47,209 nucleotides of DNA from Tolypothrix carrinoi HA7290-LM1 (GCA_019358935.1 JAHHIK010000067.1:1-47209), one strand, 5' to 3'. Counted from the first letter of the stretch, positions 28,744 to 39,581 are shown. Translations and numbers: made by a program. The notes: generated by a model from the letters alone, not told the origin.

Positions 28744-29888
28744 CTCCTAACTTCCTTCAACGCATAAATTACTTGGTCTTGCTGTTGTTGTGAAAGTTCT
28801 GGGAACATGGGCAAAGATAAAACCTCATTGCAGGTTTGTTCTGCAACAGGCAATTGTCCTGCCCTGTAGCCCAGACTTTGATAAACTGGCTGTAAATGTA
28901 AGGGGTGGGGATAATAAATCATCGTACTTACACCCAAAGATTGCAACTGATCGCGAACCCAGTCGCGATGTTTAGCGCTGGAACCATTTCGCCCTTCAGA
29001 TAGTACAAGAATTGTGTATTGATTCCAAACCCCTGAACCACCAGTTAATTCTTGAGGGGGGATGATACCAGGAATTGATGTGAGTAACTGATGGTAACGT
29101 TGAGCGATCGCTCGTCGCTGATTATTCCAACTATCAAGATAACGCAGTTTAATTTGAAGAATAGCAGCTTGTAAAGCATCCAAGCGACTATTTACACCTA
29201 TTTCCTCGTGAATATAGCGATTTTTACTACCATGATCTTTTAATATTCGCAGCTTGGCAGCAATTTCTGGATCATTAGTTGTTATCGCTCCCCCATCACC
29301 GCAACCACCAAGATTTTTAGTTGGGTAGAAACTAAAGCAACCGATGTGTCCAATGCTTCCTACTCTTTGCCCTGCCCAACTTGCGCCTGTAGACTGGGCG
29401 CAATCTTCAATTACTATTAGATTGTGAACTTTGGCTAAATCCATTAAAGCAGTCATATCCACAGGTTGTCCAAATAAATGAACTGGGATAATTGCCTTCG
29501 TTTTGGGTGTAATCGCTGCTGCTATTTGCTGCAAATCCAAATTATAGGTAGTAGCGTCAATATCAACAAATACTGGCTTTGCACCCACAACGCTGACTAC
29601 TTCTGATGTCGCAATAAAAGTAAAAGGTGTAGTAATCACCTCGTCCCCCGAACCAATTCCCAAAGCTCGTAAAGCTAAGTAGAGTGCATCAGTACCAGAG
29701 TTACAGCTTACACATTGACTAACACCATGATAAGCGGCAAACTGTTGCTCAAAGCTGGCAACTACAGAACCGCCGATATAACGTCCAGAAGCCAAAAGTT
29801 CTAAAACAGCCGCACTCACTTCTGCTTCAATGGTGCTGTATTGCTGCTTGTTATCAAAGGCAGGGATAGTATTTATGCTTTGGATCAT
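28740..29888 (-). CDS. DegT/DnrJ/EryC1/StrS aminotransferase
   Basis: NSGTDAL, PVHLFG, EDCAQS, SFYPTKNLG..GDGG, NSRLD. Confidence 0.95.
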   Translation of the reverse strand: MIQSINTIPAFDNKQQYSTIEAEVSAAVLELLASGRYIGGSVVASFEQQFAAYHGVSQCVSCNSGTDALYLALRALGIGSGDEVITTPFTFIATSEVVSVVGAKPVFVDIDATTYNLDLQQIAAAITPKTKAIIPVHLFGQPVDMTALMDLAKVHNLIVIEDCAQSTGASWAGQRVGSIGHIGCFSFYPTKNLGGCGDGGAITTNDPEIAAKLRILKDHGSKNRYIHEEIGVNSRLDALQAAILQIKLRYLDSWNNQRRAIAQRYHQLLTSIPGIIPPQELTGGSGVWNQYTILVLSEGRNGSSAKHRDWVRDQLQSLGVSTMIYYPHPLHLQPVYQSLGYRAGQLPVAEQTCNEVLSLPMFPELSQQQQDQVIYALKEVRS

Positions 29889-30230
29889 GAGTTTTCATTT
29901 TATTTGAATATTGGTGACTGGGGATTAGGGACGCTTGGACTGTAAAAAATGAATGATGACATAATTCTGCTCCAATCCTTAATTCCCAATCGCTGCACGA
30001 AACACTTTGACGGTCAATTTTTGCGCTTTTGAATTGTTGATCGAAAAGCTATTTAAAGACTGTCGAACAGAAACCGCCTAAGTAAGGGTTTTTACTTAGG
30101 TTTATAATTGGTAAAGCTACCAATCGTTGGCATAAAGGGTGATATATATCAACCAAGATCCAACACCTTGAATTAAAGTTCCAAGTGTGTAGGCGAATGA
30201 GCGAAAAAAATTTCAAAAGGTAGAAAATCC

Positions 30231-31007
30231 ATGCAGGATTTGATCAAGTTGGATTTGGTTGATTTGGTTATTGGTGTAGGATTAATGGCGATCGCCATTG
30301 GTTTATCTGCGCTTTCGAGACTAGGACTAGAATTAAACTTAGCCCTCGCTACCGGGAGAACCATCCTACAACTACTTGTGTTGGGATACGTTTTAGACTT
30401 CATCTTTGCTTTTAATAACCCTTGGGCAGTTTTGGGGATTTTGGCAATAATGCTGACGATAGCAGCGATTGTCGCACGAAATCGCATCAGTCAGAAAATA
30501 CCCCAGGTTTTGCCGTTAGTCTGGGGAGCAATTTTCATCAGCACTTTTATCACACTGTTTTACACCAACTTCTTAATTATTCAACCAGATAGATGGTATG
30601 AACCGCAGTATTTGGTTCCTTTGGGGGGGATAATCTTAGGTAATGCCATGAATGCAGCAGCGATCGCCGGGGAACGTCTTGTTAGTACAATTAACTCCAG
30701 CCAGCTAGAAATTGAAACCCACTTAAGCTTAGGGGCAACACCTATGCAGGCAATTACTCAATACCGCAAAGACGCCATCAAAGCCGGATTAATTCCCACT
30801 TTAAATCAGATGACGCTTATTGGTATGGTCGCACTACCACCAATCACCACCGGACAGTTGCTAGGTGGAGTAACTCCCCTTGATGCTGTATCATACGAAA
30901 TTTTGATTATATTCGCGATCGCCTTCACCAACTTGCTAACAACTGTGTTAATTACTCGCGGTTTGTGTCGCCAGTTTTTTAACTCCACCGCGCAGCTGGT
31001 GAGGTGA
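30231..31007 (+). CDS. fetB: UPF0014 ABC permease (FetB/YbbM-like)
   Basis: R.ILQL..LGYVL, P..GIILGNAMN, LSLGAT, G.V.LP..TGQ.LGG. Confidence 0.85.
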   Translation: MQDLIKLDLVDLVIGVGLMAIAIGLSALSRLGLELNLALATGRTILQLLVLGYVLDFIFAFNNPWAVLGILAIMLTIAAIVARNRISQKIPQVLPLVWGAIFISTFITLFYTNFLIIQPDRWYEPQYLVPLGGIILGNAMNAAAIAGERLVSTINSSQLEIETHLSLGATPMQAITQYRKDAIKAGLIPTLNQMTLIGMVALPPITTGQLLGGVTPLDAVSYEILIIFAIAFTNLLTTVLITRGLCRQFFNSTAQLVR

Positions 31008-31013
31008 GGCAAA

Positions 31014-31247
31014 GTGGGGGAGGGGGAGGGGAGGAGGGGGCAGGGGGCAGGGGGCAGGGGGCAGGGGGACAAGGGGGACAAGGGGGACAAGGGGGACAAG
31101 GGGGACAAGGGGGACAAGGGGGACAAGGGGGACAAGGGGGACAAGGACGAATTTCTCCCTTGTCTTCCCCCTCTCCCTTGTCTCCCCCCTCTCCCTTGTC
31201 TCCCCCCTCTCCCTTGTCTCCCTTGTCTCCCCATCTCCCCATCTCCC
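31014..31247. repeat. Inverted GGGGACAAG / CCCTTGTCT tandem arrays between convergent genes
   Basis: 7-, 9- and 18-nt units with complementary arms. Confidence 0.9.
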
Positions 31248-33032
31248 CTAACCTTCGAGCGATCGCGTATGCACTACTTGACCTTGGGCATCATAGACGA
31301 TTAAAGGTAGGTTAGCGTTTTCACTAATGGCACTTAATGCTTCTTGCAATACTTGCAAATGATTGGTGATACCAGCAAAAGAACTTGGGTCTTGAGGATT
31401 GGCGTTAGCTAAACTATTTTGCAGTGCTTGTTCATACTCAGCGGTGATTTTGACGGTAATTCCTTTGTTGTTTATGGTGAAGGTGCAAATCCGAATTCTA
31501 CTCGAACAAGTTTTCACCAAGTCTGTGCGGGTTTGTTCCAAATTAAGCGCAATTTGGGCTTGTTGTTCTGCTTGTTTGAAAGCATTTGCATAAGGTTCAA
31601 TCAAAAGTTGCGCTTGTGAGTAATAAAAGCTGTCAGCCCGAATCTGTTTGACGGTGTTCAAAGCCAGATACCAGTTTGCCCGCGCTGCTTGCCATTGGTT
31701 TTGTTGCTGATATGCTTTGGCTTGGTTGGCTGTGTTAATGGCTTGTTGGTAAGATTTGGCAGCTAATTGTTCAGTAGCGGCGCGATCGCGTGCGGTTGCT
31801 AGTTTCGGTCTATAATCAGCTAGGAGATTTTGCGCTTGTTCGTATTCTGGGCTAGTCTTGGGAATAATAACCAAGGCATTAACTACTACCTGCCAAGTAG
31901 ACTGCACTTTTTGCAAGTCTTTAAGAGATTTAACTTTAGTTTCCCACTGTGCAGCTACTTTGGCTACAGATTTTGCTGCTGCCAATTTTTTAGACCATTT
32001 TTCTTCATTAAGTAACTGCTGATTTACAGTTTGCAATCTCAAGCGATACAAAGATAATTTGCGCTGCACCAGTCCATAAAGTTCGTTTTCAGGATTGATA
32101 CCTTCCAATGGTGCGATCGCCTGTCGCCAAAGTTGTTGTTTATTATGTAGTTCTCGTATATTATTTACCGGAGTTTGAGTTTCTAGCTCTGCTAAAGATG
32201 CTGATTGCAAAGCTTTGAGAACCAACTTAATTTTTTCTGACTGCCCTGATAAACTTGTAGAAAGTTGCTCTGCTTCTTGGTGTCGTGGCGACCAAGCAGG
32301 AATGTTTTTTAAAGCGGTGCTAGCAGTTTCAAATTGCGCGTGCAGCTTTGCTAATTCTTCAACAGACCTAGCATTGCGCGTTAATTGCTGGGATGATTTT
32401 TGTAAAGAAGCCGCTGTTTGTATCTCAAAACATTCAGACATTACACAAGGACGAGTCAACAAGTAAGCACCGCTGCCTAACAATGCAATTCCTGACAAAG
32501 CAGCACCCACTATAATCGGTTTGATTGAAGGCGATCGCTTTAATGTTGTCACAAAAAACAAATCCGGCGCATCCGCCATCGGGTCAAACGCTTCCTCCTC
32601 CACAGTTGATGGAGAATAAATTAAAGAAGATAACGGAGAAATTTCTCCCCCTTCTCCCCCTTGTCCCCCTTCTCCCCCTTGTCCCCCTTGTCCCCCTTCT
32701 CCCCCTTGTCCCCCTTCTCCCCCTTCTCCCCCCACTCTCACTATCAAAGAATGCTTGGCGTAAGGAAGTTTCTCGCCGGCGATTCTAAGAAAAATTTCTA
32801 CTTGTTGGTTTCTGCAACCTGGAAGCGATTCAAGTGCTTCCTCTAGTACTGCGAAAACTTGCTGGGTATGAGTTGTCACACTTAGAGGATGTTCAGTTAG
32901 AATCATTAGCTGGTCATTTTTGACAGCACACTTAACGCGGAAAAGTTCACCAGATAAGACTTCTGCACGTAAGTGTTCCTGCAAAATTGTTGCCAAAAGC
33001 TGTAAATCTTCTTGCTGGACTTCTACTTTCAT
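31248..33032 (-). CDS. Conserved cyanobacterial membrane-anchored helical protein
   Basis: One TM followed by LTRPCV..C and repeated W..AI..L..IP..S..Y..AQ units; in-frame GGEGGQ repeat. Start uncertain (33032 or 33134). Confidence 0.8.
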   Translation of the reverse strand: MKVEVQQEDLQLLATILQEHLRAEVLSGELFRVKCAVKNDQLMILTEHPLSVTTHTQQVFAVLEEALESLPGCRNQQVEIFLRIAGEKLPYAKHSLIVRVGGEGGEGGQGGEGGQGGQGGEGGQGGEGGEISPLSSLIYSPSTVEEEAFDPMADAPDLFFVTTLKRSPSIKPIIVGAALSGIALLGSGAYLLTRPCVMSECFEIQTAASLQKSSQQLTRNARSVEELAKLHAQFETASTALKNIPAWSPRHQEAEQLSTSLSGQSEKIKLVLKALQSASLAELETQTPVNNIRELHNKQQLWRQAIAPLEGINPENELYGLVQRKLSLYRLRLQTVNQQLLNEEKWSKKLAAAKSVAKVAAQWETKVKSLKDLQKVQSTWQVVVNALVIIPKTSPEYEQAQNLLADYRPKLATARDRAATEQLAAKSYQQAINTANQAKAYQQQNQWQAARANWYLALNTVKQIRADSFYYSQAQLLIEPYANAFKQAEQQAQIALNLEQTRTDLVKTCSSRIRICTFTINNKGITVKITAEYEQALQNSLANANPQDPSSFAGITNHLQVLQEALSAISENANLPLIVYDAQGQVVHTRSLEG

Positions 33033-33370
33033 ACATCGATTCCGCTGGTCTTCTATATTGTTTTTACTATCTTCGAGTGTATAGAATGAATAACTTCCGT
33101 TTTTTGATTGCAAATGCACAGTTTGATCAACCACAGCCTTAAAGTCCGAACGAACAACTTTTTAACACAACTTACAATTTTTTACTAAAAATTCAACTTT
33201 CTTAAAACTTAATAATTCTTAAATATCGGGTTTTAACGTTTGGTTGTTGACTATTGACCGCAAATGTGAAGAGGCTTTTTGTGCCTGATTATGAAGCCTT
33301 GAATTTCAAAGAAAGCAAATCGTTTCAATATCAAACGAATCATGACTGTAAAGGTGTTGTTTGAGAAATA

Positions 33371-34674
33371 TTGACATCCTCCCACCGCGCTCCCTGGAGT
33401 ACCAGGTTAGCTCAGGTTTCCAAAGATTGCTCTTTGGGCTTCGTCTTTCCACGAGTCGGCTTACTTGGAGGATTTTCATCACCCAAGCAGAGGTCGTTCT
33501 CTCCAGAGGCGTTAGTTCCGACGTGACCCGCCGTACGTAGTGCCTTTTCTAATATGTTTCGTGCAGCGTTATGATCTCTGTCTTGGATATGTCCACAATG
33601 AGGACAAGTATGTGTTCTGGTTGATAGCGTTTTCTTGACAACCTTCCCACAATTGGAGCAATCTTGCGAAGTGTAGTGAGGTGGAACAGCAACTGTAACC
33701 ACACCGTATACCTTACCAAAGTACTTAATCCATTCTCTAAATTGAGTCCACGCTGCATCAGAAATGGATTTGGCGAGATGCCTGTTTCTCACCATGTTTC
33801 GCACCTTCAAGTCCTCATACGCCACGAGGTCGTTAGACATCACTACGCACCTTGCCGTCTTCATGGCAAAGTCTTTACGCTGGCGACTTACCTTGAGGTG
33901 TTTACGAGCCAATTTATTTCTAAACTTGACTCTATTCTTGGAACCTTTTTGAGTCTTAGACATACGACGTTGAAGTCGTTTCAAAGACTTTTCACTTTTA
34001 CGGAGATGACGCGGATTGGCAACTGTTTGCCCGTCGGAATCAGTGTAGAAGTGTTTTAGCCCAACATCTACGCCAAGGGTCTTGAGCGTCGGTTCTCGAT
34101 TCTCTTTGCGGTCATGGTCGATGCAGAATTGAGCATAATATCGATCTGCGCGGCGAACAACCCTGACTCGCTTAATCTGCGAAATCTGATAAAAATGCAG
34201 GTCACGGGTTCCCCACATTTTGAATTGACCCGCTTCAAAACCATCTGTGAAAGTGATAAACCGTCTATCCTCAGAAAGCTTCCATCCCGACGTTTTATAT
34301 TCCACAGATACGTTAGTCTGAAGACGCTTAAACTGAGGGTACCCTTTTTTACCGGACTTTTTCGCTTTACAGTTATCAAAAAAACGAGATATTGCAGCCC
34401 AAGTTCTTTCCGACATAGCCTGACGAGCCATCGAGTTGAGCTTTTTGACCCAAGGAAAATCGGGATTATCGGAAAGAACTTTGCAATATGCCGACAAGTC
34501 GTTTCTGGTTTTAGCGTGACCGTCTATCCAGTACCGAAGACAAGCGTTGCGGACAAACAAACCAGTCCGCAAAGCTTCATCAAGCTTGCGGTACTGGCTG
34601 TCTATTCCTTCCAACTTGGCTTCGTATACTATCATGAGGCAATCTTACCACGACTTATGTATGGTAAAACAGCG
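33371..34674 (-). mobile_element. Non-autonomous IS200/IS605-family element (tnpB only)
   Basis: Right end GGGAGGATGTCAA ending at 33371 with a subterminal hairpin; no tnpA; left end not resolved. Confidence 0.75.
33412..34635 (-). CDS. tnpB: RNA-guided endonuclease TnpB
   Basis: RuvC motifs GVDVG, YEDL and DRDHNAARNI; zinc finger CSNC..CPHC; all intact. Confidence 0.93.
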   Translation of the reverse strand: MIVYEAKLEGIDSQYRKLDEALRTGLFVRNACLRYWIDGHAKTRNDLSAYCKVLSDNPDFPWVKKLNSMARQAMSERTWAAISRFFDNCKAKKSGKKGYPQFKRLQTNVSVEYKTSGWKLSEDRRFITFTDGFEAGQFKMWGTRDLHFYQISQIKRVRVVRRADRYYAQFCIDHDRKENREPTLKTLGVDVGLKHFYTDSDGQTVANPRHLRKSEKSLKRLQRRMSKTQKGSKNRVKFRNKLARKHLKVSRQRKDFAMKTARCVVMSNDLVAYEDLKVRNMVRNRHLAKSISDAAWTQFREWIKYFGKVYGVVTVAVPPHYTSQDCSNCGKVVKKTLSTRTHTCPHCGHIQDRDHNAARNILEKALRTAGHVGTNASGENDLCLGDENPPSKPTRGKTKPKEQSLET

Positions 34675-34914
34675 TTGAAGAAGGCAGCTATGCTGAGGGC
34701 AGAGGGCAGAAGGAACAAGTCAGAAGGGGATGAAAAAAGGCGTGTCGCCGGACAGAACCTTCTGTCCGGCGAACCGCCGCCCCCTCCTGACTTGGAGCCA
34801 CTGAACAAGAGTTCAGTGGGGGTCTTAAACCCTTGTTCCCTTCGGTCACACTTCTAGGGCAGGAGGCAGTATTCCTTCAGCATAGCTGCCTCCTGCCCTC
34901 TGCCTTTTTTGATA
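34675..34914. mobile_element. Dispersed structured element with GGCAGA heptamer arms
   Basis: AAGGCAG..CTGCCTT inverted arms; internal hairpins GCCGGACAGAA/TTCTGTCCGGC and CCACTGAAC/GTTCAGTGG. Confidence 0.65.
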
Positions 34915-35098
34915 ATAACTCGCTTGTTCCCATGAAGACAGAGATTGTCAAAACCTCGACTGCACCCCGCCCTGTTTCTGTTACACAGAAAATTGGTTAA
35001 GGTGCGTCTCGGTTTTGACCGTCGATTCCGGAACGCCGCTTTCCTGTGTACAGTATGGCGGGAGCCTTCTCTCCGAACTAGGTAAAATATTAGTTACT
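34915..35098 (+). ncRNA. ssrS: 6S RNA
   Basis: Rod-like fold: GTCAAAACC/GGTTTTGAC and GCACC/GGTGC inner stem, closing stem GCTTGTTC..GAAG / CTTC..GAACTAGGT. G-U pairs favour the + strand; matches my recollection of cyanobacterial 6S sequences. Ends approximate. Confidence 0.8.
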
Positions 35099-35169
35099 CG
35101 GCTTCTAGCTCTAGCTCTTTGCGTCACGATCGCATAACCCAACCTCATCAATGGTAAAGTTAATCTGGT

Positions 35170-35209
35170 AAGTGGCAAGAATGATTGCTTCATCTCATTC
35201 TTACCACTT
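35170..35209. terminator. Hairpin between convergent ssrS and argS
   Basis: AAGTGGCAAGAATGA..TCATTCTTACCACTT. Confidence 0.55.
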
Positions 35210-35275
35210 GGTAGAGTGACTATTTACAAGTTTAGCTTGGGTTAACGTGAGGAAATCTTAAAGCGATTGGAACAT

Positions 35276-37045
35276 CTACATCCTTTCCAATACCTCAATT
35301 CCCAACAAGGAAAGTCCCAGTTTCAGAGTTTTAGCAGTTAAATCGCATAGCACTAATCTAGATGTCCGCAAGGGTTCTTCTGCATCCAACACTCTAACCC
35401 CACGATCGCGATCGTAAAATAGATTGAACTTCTGGCTTAGTTGAAACAAATACTCACACAGACGATTGGGTAACAAATCTTGCTCGATCGCACTAATCAC
35501 TTCGTCTAACTGTAATATATGCTTTGCCAACGTTATCTCTGTTTCATGCTGCAATAAAACTTTCGCATTGTCTCCTAACTGCTCAAAGTTAATGTCACCC
35601 TTGCGGCTAATTCCCTGAATCCGCGCATAAGCATACAACATATAAGGTGCTGTATTACCTTGGAGAGCCAGCATTTTATCATAGCTAAAGATGTAGCTGC
35701 TGGTGCGGTTTTGACTGAGGTCAGCATATTTAACCGCACTGATACCAACTACCTCAGCAACTTTGTTGATGAATTCTTCAGTTTCTTGGCGCTCTTCTTG
35801 TTGTAATCTTTTTTCTAGGTCAGCACGGACTTTGGCGATCGCACCATCCAACAAGTCCTGCAATCGTACCGCATCCCCAGACCGAGTTTTCAACTTCTGA
35901 CCATCTTCACCCAACACCAAACCAAAGGGTGCGTGAACAAACTCTATATTATCTCTAATCCAACCAGCTCGCCGTCCCACCTGAAAAATCTGGACAAAAT
36001 GATTAGTCTGTTCTGCACCAACTGGATAAATCACTCGTTGAGCTTTATCTACCTTAACCCGATAACGAATTGCGGCTAAATCCGTAGCTGCGTAATTATA
36101 ACCCCCATCCGACTTTTGCACAATTAAAGGTAGAGGTTCACCATCCCTATTTGTAAAGCCTTCAAGAAAAACGCATTGCGCTCCTTGATTTTCTACTAAC
36201 AGCCCCAGTTTGTCCAACTCTTCTACTACTTCAGGCAACAATGCATTATAGAAGGATTCACCGCGCTCAATAAACGAAGCAATCCCCATTAAATTGTAAA
36301 TTACTTGGTATGCTCTACTAGATAGTTGACAGACAATTTTCCATGCTAATAGAGTTTTTTCATCACCAGCTTGTAACTGTACCACCGCTTGTCGAGCAAC
36401 TTCCTTAAACTCCTCATCGGTATCAAACCGTTTTTTAGCCTGACGGTAAAATGAAGACAAATCTCCTAAATCTAGTGTCTCATCGGTTGTCAGTGCTTCT
36501 GGATATTCGGTTTGCAAGTAGGCTATAAGCATCCCAAAGGGAGTTCCCCAGTCTCCTACATGACTAATCCGCAGTACATCATCACCGACAAATTCTAAAA
36601 TTCGGGAAATGCAATCTCCAATTACTGCTGGACGCAAATGTCCTACATGCATTTCTTTGGCTATGTTCGGACTGGGATAATCCACAATTACGTGCTTTGG
36701 GTTCTTGGTCGGTGCTATCCCCAAGCGAGGATCGGTCTGAATCGCGTTGAGTTGTCCTTCCAGGTATACTGTTTTCAGTTTGAGATTGATAAAGCCAGGA
36801 CCAGCAATTTCTGGGGGTTCGCAGATATCACTTACATCCAATTTGTCAAGGATAGCGAGTGCGATCGCTCTTGGTTGCTGTCCTAACTTTTTCGCTAAGG
36901 ATAAGGATACATTCGCTTGATAATCACCAAACTTAGGATTATTTGTAGATACCAAAATTGGGTCAATTTCGGCGTATTCCGCGCCAAAAGCCGCTCCCAT
37001 CGCTTGTTGAAATTTTACTTTAAGTTGTTCTTGTGTAGCGTTCAT
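35276..37045 (-). CDS. argS: Arginine--tRNA ligase
   Basis: [38 protein letters not shown]. Confidence 0.97.
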   Translation of the reverse strand: MNATQEQLKVKFQQAMGAAFGAEYAEIDPILVSTNNPKFGDYQANVSLSLAKKLGQQPRAIALAILDKLDVSDICEPPEIAGPGFINLKLKTVYLEGQLNAIQTDPRLGIAPTKNPKHVIVDYPSPNIAKEMHVGHLRPAVIGDCISRILEFVGDDVLRISHVGDWGTPFGMLIAYLQTEYPEALTTDETLDLGDLSSFYRQAKKRFDTDEEFKEVARQAVVQLQAGDEKTLLAWKIVCQLSSRAYQVIYNLMGIASFIERGESFYNALLPEVVEELDKLGLLVENQGAQCVFLEGFTNRDGEPLPLIVQKSDGGYNYAATDLAAIRYRVKVDKAQRVIYPVGAEQTNHFVQIFQVGRRAGWIRDNIEFVHAPFGLVLGEDGQKLKTRSGDAVRLQDLLDGAIAKVRADLEKRLQQEERQETEEFINKVAEVVGISAVKYADLSQNRTSSYIFSYDKMLALQGNTAPYMLYAYARIQGISRKGDINFEQLGDNAKVLLQHETEITLAKHILQLDEVISAIEQDLLPNRLCEYLFQLSQKFNLFYDRDRGVRVLDAEEPLRTSRLVLCDLTAKTLKLGLSLLGIEVLERM

Positions 37046-37176
37046 GTTTAATTTACGGTTCTGCCAAATATCTGGCTTTTATTTTAAGTTTCGGCTTACA
37101 GATGCATTGTAAGCTTTACTCCTACTTCCAGATAATTTTGTATTATAATACTACATATATTTGTTGGTGTGGAGGT

Positions 37177-37235
37177 GCGATGGGCGCAGCCTTGCCGTAG
37201 GCGATGGCGCGGAGCGTCCGCAAAGAAGCGATCGC
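37177..37235. repeat. Stacked short dispersed repeats at a HIP1 site
   Basis: GCGAT-GGGCGCAGCC..GCGAT-GGCGCGGAGCG..GCGATCGC. Confidence 0.55.
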
Positions 37236-37300
37236 AACTCCACAGTATAAATCTAAAAGCTTAATAAAATTATTAAATTACTTGTATTTGATGATTTCAA

Positions 37301-37492
37301 AGGGTGTAGGGTTGCATGGTTAGGGTGTGGGGTGTGGGGAACCCACGTTTTAAAACGTGGGATTGTAACAAGGACACTGTTTTTAGGAGCGCTTTGCGTC
37401 GAGAAAAACATCTTTTTTTAAACTGAGCTTTAAACCCACAAAGTAAGTTTTTATTTAAACCCCTACACCCAACACCCAACACCCCACACCCT
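37301..37492. repeat. Element with GGGTGT/ACACCC heptamer arms
   Basis: Inverted arms; internal palindrome CCCACGTTTTAAAACGTGGG. Confidence 0.6.
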
Positions 37493-37520
37493 GTTTTTTT
37501 GTAACAGAGGTCATAGTCAA

Positions 37521-37859
37521 ATGGATACCCGATTAAAGTATCAAGAAATAATAAAAAATATACTAAACGAACACGCAGAATATCGTGCATGTATACCTGA
37601 TAGCTATGATTCGCAAGTTTTATTTGACGATGAGCGAGGACGTTATCTTGTTTTAGATATTGGTTGGAACGATGATAAATATTTACACGCAACACCCATT
37701 CATCTAGATTTAATTGATGACAAAATTTGGATTCAATTTGATGACACAGACGAAGGTATTGCTAACGATTTATTAGCAGCAGGCGTTCTTAAAGATGATA
37801 TTGTACTTGGTTTTCGCCATCCTCAAGTACGACAATATACAAACTTTGCAGCGAGTTAG
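37521..37859 (+). CDS. xisI: XisI-family protein
   Basis: FDDERGRYL, IHLDLIDDKIWIQ.D.T.EGIA, IVLGF.HP; no xisH nearby. Confidence 0.9.
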   Translation: MDTRLKYQEIIKNILNEHAEYRACIPDSYDSQVLFDDERGRYLVLDIGWNDDKYLHATPIHLDLIDDKIWIQFDDTDEGIANDLLAAGVLKDDIVLGFRHPQVRQYTNFAAS

Positions 37860-37997
37860 ACCAATTTTTGATGATTCGCGCCGATTATTTTTTTAGTTTT
37901 GAAGGTGTGTGGGTGAATTGCGAACTTAGAAGTTAGTATTTGCGCGATAGCGTTCGCGTAAGCGTCCGCTCTGCGGAAGCGCTGCCGCCTTGCGGCG

Positions 37998-38104
37998 GAT
38001 CGCACGCAGCAATCAACTCAAGCGATCGCACCTGCTTGACTTATTTAATTCTCATACTCAAATTTAACCACTTTGACTGCGTAATCGGCGCACTACTGGA
38101 AATA
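37998..38104 (-). repeat. Duplicate of the nadC 3' end plus downstream DNA (matches 38477-38583)
   Basis: 107 bp with 3 mismatches; the left edge is a HIP1 site. Confidence 0.93.
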
Positions 38105-38118
38105 ATGTTGCAAGATAG

Positions 38119-38459
38119 ACCGTTCCCATAAGTTGAGGAATCGTTCCCGTAAGTTCGGGAACCGTTCCCATAAGTTCGGGAACCGTTCCCATAAGTTCGG
38201 GAACCGTTCCCTTAAGTTGGGGAACCGTTCCCGTAAGTTCGGGAATCGTTCCCGTAAGTTCGGGAATCGTTCCCGTAAGTTCGGGAATCGTTCCCGTAAG
38301 TTCGGGAATCGTTCCCGTAAGTTCGGGAACCGTTCCCGTAAGTTCGGGAATCGTTCCCGTAAGTTCGGGAACCGTTCCCATAAGTTCGGGGAACCGTTCC
38401 CATAAGTTCGGGAACCGTTCCCATAAGTTCGGGAACCGTTCCCATAAGTTCGGGAACCG
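38119..38459. repeat. 21-bp tandem array, about 16 units (GGGAACCGTTCCCGTAAGTTC consensus)
   Basis: CGTTCCC recurs every 21 nt from 38121 to 38437, with one 22-nt unit. Confidence 0.95.
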
Positions 38460-38519
38460 CTTGTCAGCACTTAGGCGATCGCACGCAGCAATCAACTCAA
38501 GCGATCGCACCTGCTTGAC

Positions 38520-39386
38520 TTATTGAATTTTCATACTCAAATCTAACCACTTTGACTGCGTAATCGGCGCACTACTGGAAATATAATCTACACCCGTCTG
38601 AGCTATAGCGCGAAGAGTTTCTAAAGTCACATTACCTGAGGCTTCAATTTTGACGCGACTATCGAACTGGCGAATTATCTGTACCGCCTCACGCATCAAA
38701 TCAAGGGACATGTTGTCTAACATAATAATATCAGCTTTATGCTCTAAGGCTTCTTTCACTTGGTCTAAATTTTCTGTCTCAACTTCTATTGTTAGGGGAT
38801 ATGGAATTTGAGAACGGATGCGGTTAATTGCTTCCCCAATTCCTCCCGCTGCCGCAATATGATTATCTTTAATCATCACTGCATCATCCAAACCCATGCG
38901 GTGATTTATCGCTCCTCCTACAGCAGTTGCATACTTTTCCAAAATCCTTAACCCTGGTGTAGTTTTGCGCGTATCAACCAACTGAGCTGGTAAATCAACT
39001 ATTTCCGCTGTATATTTACGAGTTAGAGTAGCAATACCACTCAGACGCATCGCTAAGTTCAGAGCAACCCTTTCCCCGATTAATAATGCATCTAGTGAAC
39101 CTTGCATTTCTGCGATTACTTCCCCAGGTTCGCACTGTTGTCCTTCAGATGCAACAGCCACAAAGCTGACTTTTTGGTTTAAAAGTTGAAAGACTCTGGC
39201 AGCGATTGGTAAGCCGGCTATCACTCCTGATGCTTTCGCCACCCATTTGGCTTGTCCTTCTATTGTATTCTCAGATAAAAGGCTTTGGGTTGTGCGATCG
39301 CCTCTCCCAATATCTTCGATTAACCAGCTTTGTAATAATTGATCTAATATCAGAAATGGCGGTAATACAGGTGTGGAAATTTTCAT
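38520..39386 (-). CDS. nadC: Quinolinate phosphoribosyltransferase
   Basis: ED.G.GD.T, ERVALN, DTRKTTPG, HRMGLDD, KDNH, EVE, MLDN, EASG. Confidence 0.97.
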   Translation of the reverse strand: MKISTPVLPPFLILDQLLQSWLIEDIGRGDRTTQSLLSENTIEGQAKWVAKASGVIAGLPIAARVFQLLNQKVSFVAVASEGQQCEPGEVIAEMQGSLDALLIGERVALNLAMRLSGIATLTRKYTAEIVDLPAQLVDTRKTTPGLRILEKYATAVGGAINHRMGLDDAVMIKDNHIAAAGGIGEAINRIRSQIPYPLTIEVETENLDQVKEALEHKADIIMLDNMSLDLMREAVQIIRQFDSRVKIEASGNVTLETLRAIAQTGVDYISSSAPITQSKWLDLSMKIQ

Positions 39387-39449
39387 TATTTAAACAAAAC
39401 TAATGTTTATAGAATAACTTAAGAGAAATATTCGCTCTTTGATTAAACT

Positions 39450-39533
39450 CAGGATTTAGGCAGAATTATGGGAAAACGAACCGCAGAGGACACAGAGAAC
39501 ACAGAGTTTGGGAAAGTTTTTGCCTAAGTCTTG
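39450..39533. repeat. MITE-like dispersed repeat
   Basis: CAGGATTTAGGCA..TGCCTAAGTCTTG termini; related to 15925-16017. Confidence 0.6.
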
Positions 39534-39581
39534 AAGTTAAAGGCAAAATAGTCATATTCTTGCATCTACATTTTTCTTTCC

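Noticed and set aside
34981..35193. 70-aa ORF on the minus strand
   Set aside because: Antisense to the predicted 6S RNA, with no recognisable protein features.
37521..37859. fdxN-type excision element
   Set aside because: Solo xisI with no xisH, no recombinase and no interrupted gene.
38119..38459. CRISPR array
   Set aside because: Units are contiguous with no unique spacers, and there are no cas genes; the same holds for 17769-18071.
37998..38583. DGR template/variable repeat pair
   Set aside because: Only 3 mismatches, not all at adenines of one copy. The target is nadC and the only RTs in the window are dead group II intron types.
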